The position numbers were made by a program, and so were the translations under genes. Below the pieces are notes generated by a model that saw nothing but the letters and a program-made list of their open reading frames with translations, was not told where the DNA came from and ran no database searches. 64,000 nt of DNA, taken from contig JAMCZC010000002.1 of NCBI GenBank assembly GCA_023485865.1, positions 1,000 through 64,999 on the forward strand. The letters are read 5' to 3'. The DNA is from Patescibacteria group bacterium (GTDB lineage: Bacteria > Patescibacteriota > Microgenomatia > Levybacterales > UBA12049). Positions within the stretch are counted from its first letter, which is position 1, and each line of letters starts with the position of its first letter. This document shows positions 28,141 through 37,184 of the stretch, one piece after another.

Positions 28141-29177
28141 TTAGATTAAAAAAAATACAAGAAGCCGATGTTAAGAATAAAACGGTTCTTTTAAGAGCGG
28201 ATTTGGATATTCCTCTCGCGGGGGGGAAGATTGCAGACGATTTTCGTTTAATTACTTCTCTTGAAACTATCAATTATTTTTTAAAGCAAACAAAGACAAT
28301 AGTTATTATCGGTCACCTCGGACGTCCGGAAGAAGGAGATAAAAGTTTAAGTTTGAAAGTTGTGGCGAAGTGGTACGCCAAAAATTTCAAATTTCAAATT
28401 TCAAATTTCAAATTAAAGGATTTTACTGGATGGAAAATTGGAGAAAAGTTAATTCTTTTGGAAAATCTTAGATTCTTTCAGGGCGAAGAAAAAAATGATC
28501 AGGGTTTTTCTAAACAATTAGCCTCACTTGCCGATATTTATGTTAACGACGCTTTTGCTTCTTCGCATAGAGCGCATGCTTCAATAGTCAGTGTCACTAA
28601 ATATTTGCCTTCCTTTGCAGGATTAAGGCTTGAAAAAGAAGTCGAAGAACTTTCAAAAATTCTAAATGGCCCCAAACGGCCGCTGGTGGTGATAATAGGC
28701 GGGGCAAAAATCGAGACAAAACTTCCCCTGGTTGAAAAAATGCACCACTTTGCCGACTATGTTTTGGTGGGCGGGGAAATTGCGGAAAATGATAAAGTTC
28801 TTCTTAAAGTTCAACATGAAAAAATTACAGGCAGAAAATCAATTCTTCTGGTGGCCGATTCGAACGAAGATTTAAACGATATTACTTCCAAATCGGCTGA
28901 AAACTTTGTTCAGATAATTCAAAATGCAAAAACAATTGTTTGGAATGGTCCGATGGGTGTTACGGAAGAAAAAGAAAATCAAAACGGAACAAATATTTTG
29001 GCAGAAGGCATAGTCCAAACATCCGCGGATACAATAGTTGGGGGAGGAGACACACTGGCATTTTTAAAAGAAAAAAATCTGCTTGATAAATTTTCTTTTG
29101 TTTCAACAGGAGGCGGCGCAATGCTGGAATTTTTGGCAGATGAAAATCTCCCGGGCCTGGAAGTGTTGGATATTTAA
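28137..29177 (+). CDS. pgk: Phosphoglycerate kinase
   Basis: VLLRADLDIP..., GHLGRPEEG, and a C-terminal GGGDT-type motif (VGGGDTLAF). Carries an in-frame 7-nt-period repeat (28382..28413) encoding KNFKFQISNFKL. The 3' end (29115..29177) is duplicated downstream at 29767..29832. Confidence 0.9.
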   Translation: MIRLKKIQEADVKNKTVLLRADLDIPLAGGKIADDFRLITSLETINYFLKQTKTIVIIGHLGRPEEGDKSLSLKVVAKWYAKNFKFQISNFKLKDFTGWKIGEKLILLENLRFFQGEEKNDQGFSKQLASLADIYVNDAFASSHRAHASIVSVTKYLPSFAGLRLEKEVEELSKILNGPKRPLVVIIGGAKIETKLPLVEKMHHFADYVLVGGEIAENDKVLLKVQHEKITGRKSILLVADSNEDLNDITSKSAENFVQIIQNAKTIVWNGPMGVTEEKENQNGTNILAEGIVQTSADTIVGGGDTLAFLKEKNLLDKFSFVSTGGGAMLEFLADENLPGLEVLDI

Positions 29178-29197
29178 CTTTAATTTTTCGGGGGGTT

Positions 29198-29226
29198 GAC
29201 AATTTTGTAACTATTGTATATACTTT
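29198..29226 (+). promoter_or_regulatory. Consensus sigma70 promoter (TTGACA-17-TATACT) with flanking inverted repeat, for the relB-yafQ cassette
   Basis: TTGACAattttgtaactattgtaTATACT. An inverted repeat TTGTAAC...GTTACA brackets the -10 and is a candidate autoregulatory operator. Only ~8 nt from the -10 to the ATG (near-leaderless). Confidence 0.5.
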
Positions 29227-29234
29227 GGTTACAT

Positions 29235-29510
29235 ATGAGAACTGTAATTTATATTAAAACAGACAACGAAATAAAAAAGAACGCCCAGAAACTAGCCCTA
29301 GAGCTAGGGCTTAATCTAAGTGACGTAATTAATGCATCTCTTAGAAATTTTATAAGAACTCGAGAGGTCTATTTTTCTTCTATTCCTAAAATGACTTTAG
29401 AGCTTGAGAGAATTCTCGGGCCGATAGATGAAGACATAAAAAGAGGTAGGAATCTTTCCCGACAACTTTCTGATTCTTCTGAAGTAAATGATTACCTCAA
29501 TTCCTTATGA
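29235..29510 (+). CDS. RelB/DinJ-family antitoxin
   Basis: MRTVIYIKTDNEIKKNAQKLALELGLNLSDVINASLRNFI is the RelB/DinJ RHH pattern. 4-nt ATGA overlap with the downstream toxin. Confidence 0.7.
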   Translation: MRTVIYIKTDNEIKKNAQKLALELGLNLSDVINASLRNFIRTREVYFSSIPKMTLELERILGPIDEDIKRGRNLSRQLSDSSEVNDYLNSL

Positions 29511-29764
29511 TAGTTCGCGTTCATAAAAACTTTGAAAAACAATATAAGAAATTAAAAAAAACAGAGAAAGATAAATTTAAAGAGAGAATTAATATTTTTA
29601 TTACAGATGAATTCAATCCAATACTTAATAATCACCCGCTTAGAGGTAAATATTTAGGTTATAGAAGTATTAATGTGACAGGAGATCTTCGGGCAATATA
29701 TAAAAGAGAAGAAAATCTAACAATTTTTGTTGCAGTTAATTCGCACAGCAACCTATATCGATAA
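29507..29764 (+). CDS. RelE/YafQ-family mRNA-interferase toxin
   Basis: 85 aa, basic. Matches the YafQ/RelE pattern (…FKERINIFITDEF…LRGKYLGYRSINVTGDLRAIY…IFVAVNSHSNLY). Confidence 0.7.
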   Translation: MIVRVHKNFEKQYKKLKKTEKDKFKERINIFITDEFNPILNNHPLRGKYLGYRSINVTGDLRAIYKREENLTIFVAVNSHSNLYR

Positions 29765-29766
29765 TT

Positions 29767-29832
29767 GGCGCAATGCTTGAATTTTTAGCCGGCGAAAATC
29801 TCCCGGGCCTGGAAGTCTTGGAACAAAGCTAA
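29767..29832 (+). repeat. Diverged duplicate of the pgk 3' end (~85% identical to 29115..29177), right boundary of the TA cassette
   Basis: GGCGCAATGCTTGAATTTTTAGCCGGCGAAAATCTCCCGGGCCTGGAAGTCTTGGAACAAAGCTAA compared with GGCGCAATGCTGGAATTTTTGGCAGATGAAAATCTCCCGGGCCTGGAAGTGTTGGATATTTAA. The reverse-strand six-frame ORFs at both sites share the same peptide (…LPGPGDF…). Confidence 0.8.
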
Positions 29833-29878
29833 ATAAAAGCACACAATAAGATAAATAAAATAGATCTATTTTTGATAT

Positions 29879-29907
29879 CTTGACAAATAGATTTATTTTT
29901 GTTATTA
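29879..29907 (+). promoter_or_regulatory. sigma70-type promoter (TTGACA-17-TATTAT), near-leaderless, for the DGQHR gene
   Basis: TTGACAaatagatttatttttgtTATTATaattttgttATG. Confidence 0.45.
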
Positions 29908-29917
29908 TAATTTTGTT

Positions 29918-31054
29918 ATGCAAAAAGATAGTATAAGTTTCAAAATTCCAGCAATACGCCTTTTCCAAAGAGAGACAGAGGGGAAAGCAATTTACGTAGG
30001 AGTTATTAAGGCTTCAGATTTATCTTCTCATCCGCAAGAAAGATTTAGGATTGCCTATTTTGACAGAGAAAACAAAAATGCAGGTTATCAAAGAAGACTT
30101 CAGGATAATAAAGTCGAGAAACTTAAGGAATTTATACTTAAAGAGACTAAGACCCCATTGTTCCCAACTGCAATATTAGTTAATTCAAGAGAAATGTTAG
30201 ATTTTAAAGAAATCTCTAAGGGGGTAGGAACACTTCATGTAAATGAGCCACTTTTTGTGATTGATGGACAGCATCGTGTTACAGCGTGGAGAGCAATTGT
30301 GGATGAAACCGATCTTGCGGATAAATGGAAGGATTATGAATTTCCAATTGTACTAATGAGCGGTTTTAAAATCCTAGAAGAGATGGAGCAATTTTATGTG
30401 ATAAATTCTAGGCAAACGAAAATCAAAACAGATCTGGTTCACAGCTTGCTACTTGAGTTTGAGAAAAAAGATGAGACTAGAAATTTAGTTAAAGAAAAAG
30501 ACAAATGGATACCTAGGGCAGTAGTAATAACAGAAAATTTAAACAAATCTGGGGCATGGAAAGATAGAATTGGTTACGATTCAGATAGCGATTTAATGCG
30601 AAAGACAAGAGTTATTCAGGCCACGTCAGTTGTCGGAGCTTTAAAGCATTTATTTGTAGGAAATAAAAAGTTATTTGACATAGAAAATCCTAAAATTGAC
30701 GAGTGGATAAAATTTCTAAATGATTATTGGGAAATTATTGCAGATATTTATCCAAATGCAGTTAACAATGCAAACGATTATTCGTTAATGAAGACGGTTG
30801 GAATAAATGTAATGCATATTTTACTAGCCGATAAGTCTTACGATTTAGGCTTAGGCATAGAACAAAAAGAGGAACTCTTAAAAAAAATGAGAGAAACTTT
30901 AGTTCGTGCTGCGATTAGCGATATCCCTGAGGATTTTTGGAGATCTGATGTTTCTAAACAAACAAGAGAGAGAGGAAGATATGCCGGAGCTTTTTCATCC
31001 TCTGCGGGACATAAGAGACTAGCCACAGCAATATTCATAAACAGATTTGATTAA
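29918..31054 (+). CDS. DGQHR-domain protein (DndB-like, ParB/sulfiredoxin-fold nuclease superfamily)
   Basis: 378 aa containing the eponymous motif FVIDGQHRVTAW, with the surrounding pattern of DndB/DGQHR proteins. No dndCDE or other partner genes nearby. Confidence 0.6.
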   Translation: MQKDSISFKIPAIRLFQRETEGKAIYVGVIKASDLSSHPQERFRIAYFDRENKNAGYQRRLQDNKVEKLKEFILKETKTPLFPTAILVNSREMLDFKEISKGVGTLHVNEPLFVIDGQHRVTAWRAIVDETDLADKWKDYEFPIVLMSGFKILEEMEQFYVINSRQTKIKTDLVHSLLLEFEKKDETRNLVKEKDKWIPRAVVITENLNKSGAWKDRIGYDSDSDLMRKTRVIQATSVVGALKHLFVGNKKLFDIENPKIDEWIKFLNDYWEIIADIYPNAVNNANDYSLMKTVGINVMHILLADKSYDLGLGIEQKEELLKKMRETLVRAAISDIPEDFWRSDVSKQTRERGRYAGAFSSSAGHKRLATAIFINRFD

Positions 31055-31099
31055 TCTCCTCTTGCTCATTTTTTAATTCCTCTGTTATACTAAATTACT

Positions 31100-32158
31100 A
31101 TGATTAAAGTCGCGATTAATGGATACGGAAGAATTGGCAGGTTGGCACATCGGGTTGTTTTGGAAAGATATACTCAAGACATTGATATAGTTGCTATAAA
31201 TGCGGGCTCCTCAACGGATATTAAGGGTTGGATGTATTTGTTAAAATACGATACTACCTACGGGCCGATACTTGATAGGCCTATTTCTTATCAGGAAGCC
31301 GAGGGGAATTCGGTAACGAGCAAACTTTTGGGTTATCTTCTTGTCGGAAACGCAAAAATCCCGGTTTACTCCGAAAAAGACCCGACACTTTTACCTTGGA
31401 AAGATTTAAACGTTGACGTTGTAATAGAATCAACCGGTCATTTTACAACGGAAGAAAAATTAAAAACTCATCTTCAGGCGGGTGCAAAAGCGGCAGTTTT
31501 ATCCGCTCCGGTAAAAGAAGGGGACATTAATACTTACGTTTTATCGGTTAACGCCCAAAACTACAACGGAGAAAATTTAATCAGTAATGCCTCTTGTACT
31601 ACCAATTGCATTGCTCCAGTTGCAAAAATTATGGTAAATCATTTTGGGGTTGAAAAGGCAATGATGACAACTGTCCATGGATATACATCTGATCAAAAAC
31701 TTCAAGACGGAGGACACAAAGATTATAGACGCGCCAGGGCGGCCGCTTTGAATATTGTCCCAACTTCAACCGGCGCGACAATTGCGGCGGCAAAAGCGGT
31801 GCCGGAACTTGCGGGACTTTTTTCTGGTCTTGCGATTAGGGTCCCTGTTCCTGCGGGTTCGCTTTCGGATTTTACCTTCATTTTAAAAAAAGAAACTACA
31901 AAAGAAGAAGTAAATAGTATTTTTAAACAGGAAGCGCAAAGCCAGAATTTTGAAGGAATACTGATGGTAACGGAAGATCCTTTGGTTTCTAGTGATATAA
32001 TCGGAAATCCATACTCGGCTATTGTAGATTTATCTTTAACCCAAGTTTTGGGAAATTTAGTAAAGGTAATTGCCTGGTACGATAATGAATACGGATATGC
32101 TAATAGGCTGGTTGAGGAAACCATAATGATTGGCAGTAAGCTTACAAGTACAATATGA
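31100..32158 (+). CDS. gap: Glyceraldehyde-3-phosphate dehydrogenase
   Basis: MIKVAINGYGRIGR, SNASCTTNCIAP active site, WYDNEYGY. Confidence 0.9.
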   Translation: MIKVAINGYGRIGRLAHRVVLERYTQDIDIVAINAGSSTDIKGWMYLLKYDTTYGPILDRPISYQEAEGNSVTSKLLGYLLVGNAKIPVYSEKDPTLLPWKDLNVDVVIESTGHFTTEEKLKTHLQAGAKAAVLSAPVKEGDINTYVLSVNAQNYNGENLISNASCTTNCIAPVAKIMVNHFGVEKAMMTTVHGYTSDQKLQDGGHKDYRRARAAALNIVPTSTGATIAAAKAVPELAGLFSGLAIRVPVPAGSLSDFTFILKKETTKEEVNSIFKQEAQSQNFEGILMVTEDPLVSSDIIGNPYSAIVDLSLTQVLGNLVKVIAWYDNEYGYANRLVEETIMIGSKLTSTI

Positions 32159-32742
32159 AAACTCCCGTTGAACTTCCCGGCATTAGAAATATTACTATCT
32201 CCGGCAGAATCGGAGCAGGAGCAACTACCTTGGCTAAAAAACTTTCCGAAAAACTAAACTGGCCTTTGCTTGAGGGAGGGGAAATATTTGCAAAAATCCA
32301 CAAAGAGTTAGATATCAGCCAAGTAGATGTTTTACAAAGGCCGGATAGTTTCGATCTTAAATTTGAAGCACAAATAAAAAAAACACTTGCCAAAGAAAAG
32401 CATCAAATCATCCAAAGCCATTTGGCAGGATTTGACGCCCAGGGAATTGAGGGCGTTTTTAAAATTTTGATTATTTGCCGCGATGAAGAAGGCGATGACA
32501 AGGCTGATATTAGGATAGACAGGCTTATGAATAGAGATGGTATTTCTCTTGAGCAGGCAAAACATGAAATTCTAGAAAGAGAAAAAGCTAATATAGAAAA
32601 ATTCAGAAAACTTTATGCTAAAAACGACCCGAATTGGGTTTATTGGAATAAAAAATATTACGATTTTATAGTAAATACATATTCGCATAATCAGGAAGAA
32701 ACTCTAGATCTGGTCTTACGGGGGATAGGATATGGAAAATAG
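32155..32742 (+). CDS. Cytidylate-kinase-like P-loop NMP kinase
   Basis: ITISGRIGAGATTLAKKL P-loop at the N-terminus; size and layout as (d)CMP kinase family. 4-nt overlap with gap. Confidence 0.55.
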   Translation: MKTPVELPGIRNITISGRIGAGATTLAKKLSEKLNWPLLEGGEIFAKIHKELDISQVDVLQRPDSFDLKFEAQIKKTLAKEKHQIIQSHLAGFDAQGIEGVFKILIICRDEEGDDKADIRIDRLMNRDGISLEQAKHEILEREKANIEKFRKLYAKNDPNWVYWNKKYYDFIVNTYSHNQEETLDLVLRGIGYGK

Positions 32743-32792
32743 AATCAACCTCTTTATCTACTGTGCTATAATACCAGCTAGCTTTAATAACA

Positions 32793-33338
32793 ATGAAAAA
32801 AATTTTATTTTTAGTAATTTTAAGTTTAATATTTTTTATTAATATCGGACGCGCTTATGCGCAACAGACGGCCAGTCCAACTTCCACTGCATCTGTTGAT
32901 TATTCTCTTCCATATCCCGGAATTTTGCCCGATAACCCTTTATATTTTATGAAAGCCTTAAGAGATAGAATTGTTTCATTTTTCATTTCCGATCCTTTGA
33001 AAAAAGCTGAATTTGATTTATTAATGGCGGACGTTAGGTTAAATGCGGCTCAATATCTTTTTGCAAAAGGAGAAAACAAATATAGTCTTGCCGAAACAAC
33101 AATTTCTAAAGGAGAAAATTATTTTTATAACTCACTAGCGATGACTAACGACGCAAAGCAGCAGGGGATGAGGTTTAATGATTTTGTTCCAAAACTTATA
33201 ATTGCCGCCAAGAAACACCAACAAGTTATCAAAGGCTTGGAAGTTAAAAGCCCGCCTTTTATAAGGGATAGACTTGCGGAAGATGAAAAACGGGCCAAAG
33301 ATTTTGAAATAAGAGCAATTCAGATAAAGCTTAATTAA
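32793..33338 (+). CDS. secreted hypothetical protein
   Basis: Signal peptide MKKILFLVILSLIFFINIGRAYAQQ. No recognisable domain. Confidence 0.5.
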   Translation: MKKILFLVILSLIFFINIGRAYAQQTASPTSTASVDYSLPYPGILPDNPLYFMKALRDRIVSFFISDPLKKAEFDLLMADVRLNAAQYLFAKGENKYSLAETTISKGENYFYNSLAMTNDAKQQGMRFNDFVPKLIIAAKKHQQVIKGLEVKSPPFIRDRLAEDEKRAKDFEIRAIQIKLN

Positions 33339-33497
33339 CAATCCAAAAACCAAATAAAGAACAATTTTTATATTAGTCATTTTAGGACAGTCTTTACATC
33401 GAACAAATTTTCTTATTCAAATTTCCCCTCTTTTTAAAATCAACAAAGATTTGAAGCTAAAAATTAACTTGGCCTAGTTTGATATAGAAATTAATAG

Positions 33498-33549
33498 TTG
33501 ACAGGGTAGATCTAGTGTCATACTATCCTTCTTGGCACTACAAGTAGTG
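33498..33549 (+). promoter_or_regulatory. nrdR-nrdJ promoter (TTGACA-17-TACTAT) with NrdR-box
   Basis: CACTACAAGTAGTG (33536..33549) fits the palindromic NrdR-box consensus acaCwAtATaTwGtgt. A weaker half-palindrome TAGTGTCATACTAT overlaps the -10. Confidence 0.5.
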
Positions 33550-33605
33550 ATTTAAAGTTAAAATTCAAAAGTCAAAGGTCAAAAGTTAATAATTTTGAAT
33601 TTTTT

Positions 33606-34055
33606 ATGAAATGTCCTTATTGCGGTAGCAAAGATACAGAAGTAGTAGAAACAAGAGACAGCGAAGACTTGGAAACCATTAGGAGAAGAAGGGCTTGCCT
33701 TAAGTGTGAGAAGAGATTTACTACTTACGAAAGAGTTGAAAATGTCAATTTGGTAGTAATAAAAAAAGACGGAAGACGAGAACAATTTAACAGAGATAAA
33801 TTAAAAAACGGAATAATCAGGTCTTGCGAGAAAACAAAAGTATCTCTTGATGACATAGAAAGAATAGTAACGGAAGTTGAAAGAGAATTAAGGGGAGAGT
33901 CGGGTGTCGAAGTGGAAAGCAAAAAAATAGGACAGCTGGTTGCAACAAGACTTAAGAAAATTGACAAGGTTGCATACATAAGATTTTCGAGCGTCTTCAG
34001 AAGGTTTGTTGACGTAGAAGATTTTGAAAAAGAAGTAAAAAAACTAATTAAATAA
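33606..34055 (+). CDS. nrdR: Transcriptional repressor NrdR
   Basis: MKCPYCGSKDTEVVETRDSEDLETIRRRRACLKCEKRFTTYERVE: zinc ribbon plus ATP-cone, highly conserved. Confidence 0.9.
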   Translation: MKCPYCGSKDTEVVETRDSEDLETIRRRRACLKCEKRFTTYERVENVNLVVIKKDGRREQFNRDKLKNGIIRSCEKTKVSLDDIERIVTEVERELRGESGVEVESKKIGQLVATRLKKIDKVAYIRFSSVFRRFVDVEDFEKEVKKLIK

Positions 34056-34058
34056 ATT

Positions 34059-36500
34059 ATGAAACTTGACGGAATAAGACAAAAAGTATTTTTAGACAGA
34101 TATTCTTTTAAAGATAAACAGGGTAATCCTATGGAAAAAACTCCCGAGGAAATGTGGAGGAGGGTTGCCAAAGGAATTGCCGGAGTTGAAAAACCGAAAG
34201 AGCGAAAAAAATGGGAAAAGAAATTTTATGATGTAATGGATGATTTCAAATTCTTGCCCGGCGGAAGAATTCTGGCAGGCGCCGGAACCGGATTTGATGT
34301 TACTTATTACAACTGTTTTGTTATCCCAAATCCGCCTGATTCTAGGGGCGGAATAATGGCAAACCTTACCCAGATGATAGAAATTATGGCCCACGGTGGC
34401 GGAGTCGGGCTTAATCTTTCAAGTCTTCGTCCAAGGGGTTCAAGGGTTAAAAAAGTAAATGGCTTTTCTTCGGGTCCGTTAAACTGGGCGGAACTTTATT
34501 CTCTGGCGACAAAAGATATTGTCCAGCAGGGTGGAAGTCGAAGGGGCGCTTTAATGCTTATGCTTTGGGATTGGCATCCCGATATCGAAGAGTTTATAAC
34601 CGTTAAACAGGATTTAAATAAAATAAACGGTGCCAATCTTTCGGTCTGCATTTCGGACGCTTTTATGGAAGCGGTAAAAAAGAACGCCGATTGGGATTTG
34701 GTTTATCCGGACTTGGATGATCCAAAATATGATAAAAAATGGACAGGAGATTTAAGTGCATGGAAAAAAGCGGGCGGGAAAATAGTTGTTAAAAAAACAG
34801 TTAAGGCGCAATATCTTTGGGATTTAATTTGTCAGGCAGCCTGGAGAAGTGCCGAGCCGGGACTCCACTTCTTAGATAGAAGCAATAAACGAAGCAATAC
34901 CTGGTATTTTGAGACATTGCTTTCAACAAATCCCTGCGGTGAACAACCTCTTTCCGCTTGGGCAGTTTGCAATTTGGGCGCAATGAATTTAGCGGCTTAT
35001 GTAAGAAGCGGAAAATTTGATTTTGAAAATTTTGGCAAAGACGTAAAAGTTGCGATGAGATTTTTGGACAATGTTATTGATGATACGTATTATTTCTACA
35101 AAGAAAACGAGAAAGTTGCCAAAGACATAAGAAGAACGGGCTTAGGAATTTTAGGCCTTGCCGATGCTTTAATAAAAATGAAAGTTAAATACGGCTCGGA
35201 AGAATCTTTAAAAATTATTGACAAAATCTTTAAAACCCTAAGGGATAATGCCTATATTGCTTCATCGGATATTGCCGAAGAAAAAGGTACTTTTCCAAAA
35301 TATAACAAGGAAAAATATCTTGCGGGATGGCATATTAAAAAATTACCGGAGGAAATAAAAGCAAAAATTGCTAAACAAGGAATAAGAAATGCAGTTTTGC
35401 TAACGGTTGCTCCGACCGGAACAACATCGCTTATCTCGGGAGTTTCATCGGGGATAGAACCGGTTTACGAATTTGAATTTTTAAGAAACGACAGACTTGG
35501 CCAGCATTTAATGTATCATCCTTTGTATGAAGAATGGAAAAAAACAAATCCCGGGAGAGCAAAACCCGACTATTTTGTTTCGGCAAACGACTTAACTCCG
35601 GAAGAGCATGTTAAAGTTCAGGCAATTGCGCAGGAATACGTTGATTCTTCGATTAGCAAAACAGTAAATGCTCCAAAGGAACATACAGTTGACGATGTAA
35701 AAAATCTCTATATGCTTTCTTATGACTCCGGTCTTAAAGGCGTTACTTATATGCGGGATGGTTCCCGTCAGGGAGTTTTGGAAAGAATAGATGATAAAAA
35801 AGAAAAAACGCAAGAAAAAGCGTCAATTCCTGTTGTAGCTCCGGTTGTTCCAAGACCTGTTATGGTTGAAGGAGTTACTTATCAAACCGAAACTCCGGTT
35901 GGAAAAACTTTTATAACGATTAATCATAACGAGAATAAAGACCCGTTTGAGGTATTTATAACCGTTGGTAAATCAGGTTCCGATGTTACCGCAATGGCAG
36001 ACGCATTGGGCAGAATGATCTCTTTAAACCTTCGTCTTAACGGAGCGCTTTCCTCAAGAGAAAGAATAAAACAGGTGGTGGCCCAGCTTATAGGTATCGG
36101 CGGAGCAAGAAGCGTTGGTTTTGGAGAAAACAAAGTCCGTTCTCTTCCTGATGCAATTGCTAAAGTTTTGTCAAAACACTTTGAATTTAGAGTAAACGGA
36201 GTTGTTGAAGATAAATCTAAGAACGGAACAAGCGGCAATGGAGCAGTTTATAAAAACGGCACCACAAACGGTCTTTCTAATGAGCATATAAAGCTTACAG
36301 CTGACGGAGTTGAAAAAAAACAAACGGATGAAATAATTAAGCTGGAACAGTTAACGCTTGGGACACAAGAAGGGCCTATGATAGCAGGGGAGGATCCGGC
36401 AACAGGACTTTCCGATATCTGCCCCGAGTGCGGAGGAGCGAGCCTTGCCTACGAAGAGGGCTGTAAAAAATGCTACGCCTGCGGATATTCGGAATGTTAA
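34059..36500 (+). CDS. nrdJ: Class II (adenosylcobalamin-dependent) ribonucleotide reductase
   Basis: 813 aa. Catalytic NPCGEQPL motif. C-terminal Zn-ribbon CPECGG...CKKCYACGYSEC typical of monomeric NrdJ. Confidence 0.85.
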   Translation: MKLDGIRQKVFLDRYSFKDKQGNPMEKTPEEMWRRVAKGIAGVEKPKERKKWEKKFYDVMDDFKFLPGGRILAGAGTGFDVTYYNCFVIPNPPDSRGGIMANLTQMIEIMAHGGGVGLNLSSLRPRGSRVKKVNGFSSGPLNWAELYSLATKDIVQQGGSRRGALMLMLWDWHPDIEEFITVKQDLNKINGANLSVCISDAFMEAVKKNADWDLVYPDLDDPKYDKKWTGDLSAWKKAGGKIVVKKTVKAQYLWDLICQAAWRSAEPGLHFLDRSNKRSNTWYFETLLSTNPCGEQPLSAWAVCNLGAMNLAAYVRSGKFDFENFGKDVKVAMRFLDNVIDDTYYFYKENEKVAKDIRRTGLGILGLADALIKMKVKYGSEESLKIIDKIFKTLRDNAYIASSDIAEEKGTFPKYNKEKYLAGWHIKKLPEEIKAKIAKQGIRNAVLLTVAPTGTTSLISGVSSGIEPVYEFEFLRNDRLGQHLMYHPLYEEWKKTNPGRAKPDYFVSANDLTPEEHVKVQAIAQEYVDSSISKTVNAPKEHTVDDVKNLYMLSYDSGLKGVTYMRDGSRQGVLERIDDKKEKTQEKASIPVVAPVVPRPVMVEGVTYQTETPVGKTFITINHNENKDPFEVFITVGKSGSDVTAMADALGRMISLNLRLNGALSSRERIKQVVAQLIGIGGARSVGFGENKVRSLPDAIAKVLSKHFEFRVNGVVEDKSKNGTSGNGAVYKNGTTNGLSNEHIKLTADGVEKKQTDEIIKLEQLTLGTQEGPMIAGEDPATGLSDICPECGGASLAYEEGCKKCYACGYSEC

Positions 36501-36640
36501 AAAAGCTAATTGCTGAGGTCGCTTACGAAATTTTTTCCGGTACGTGCGCGATGGGACTTAATCAGTCCATCAACTAATGCCCGCTAATCCGTTCCTCAAA
36601 AATTTGTAAGCTCCCCGCAATTATAATTTTGAATTAATTT

Positions 36641-37180
36641 ATGTCAGTCTATACAAGATTTGGGGATAAAGGTAAAACTTCTTTATACGGCGGGAAAGCG
36701 GTTTCTAAAGGCAGTTTAAGAATTGATGCATATGGTAGTCTTGATGAATTAAATAGCGCGATAGGGGTTGTTCTTACCGAAATTCAAAACCCCGGCGTAA
36801 AAAAAGAGTTGTTGCTTATCCAAAACGACTTATTTGCAATCGGCGCAAGTCTTGCAAGCAACATGGAGAATAAAAAACTTGGAGAATATTTAAAAAAGAG
36901 GGTTAGGGATTTTGAAAAACAAATAGACAGCTTATCGGAAAAGCTTCCCGAGCTTATGAATTTTATACTTCCGGGAGGGGGAAAAGCGGGTTCGTTTTTG
37001 CACCTTGCAAGAACTGTTTGCAGACGCTCCGAAAGAAGGGTCGTTGAACTTTTGGAAAAAGAGAACGTCAATAAAGAAACGTTAATCTATATTAATAGGC
37101 TTTCGGACTTGCTTTTTACTTTCGCAAGATATATAAATTACCAAGAAAAGAAAAAAGAAATTATCTGGTCTTCCAGATAA
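36641..37180 (+). CDS. PduO-type ATP:cob(I)alamin adenosyltransferase
   Basis: MSVYTRFGDKGKTSLYGGKAVSKGSLRIDAYGSLDELNSAIG matches the PduO/MMAB N-terminal signature. Confidence 0.8.
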   Translation: MSVYTRFGDKGKTSLYGGKAVSKGSLRIDAYGSLDELNSAIGVVLTEIQNPGVKKELLLIQNDLFAIGASLASNMENKKLGEYLKKRVRDFEKQIDSLSEKLPELMNFILPGGGKAGSFLHLARTVCRRSERRVVELLEKENVNKETLIYINRLSDLLFTFARYINYQEKKKEIIWSSR

Positions 37181-37184
37181 AATC

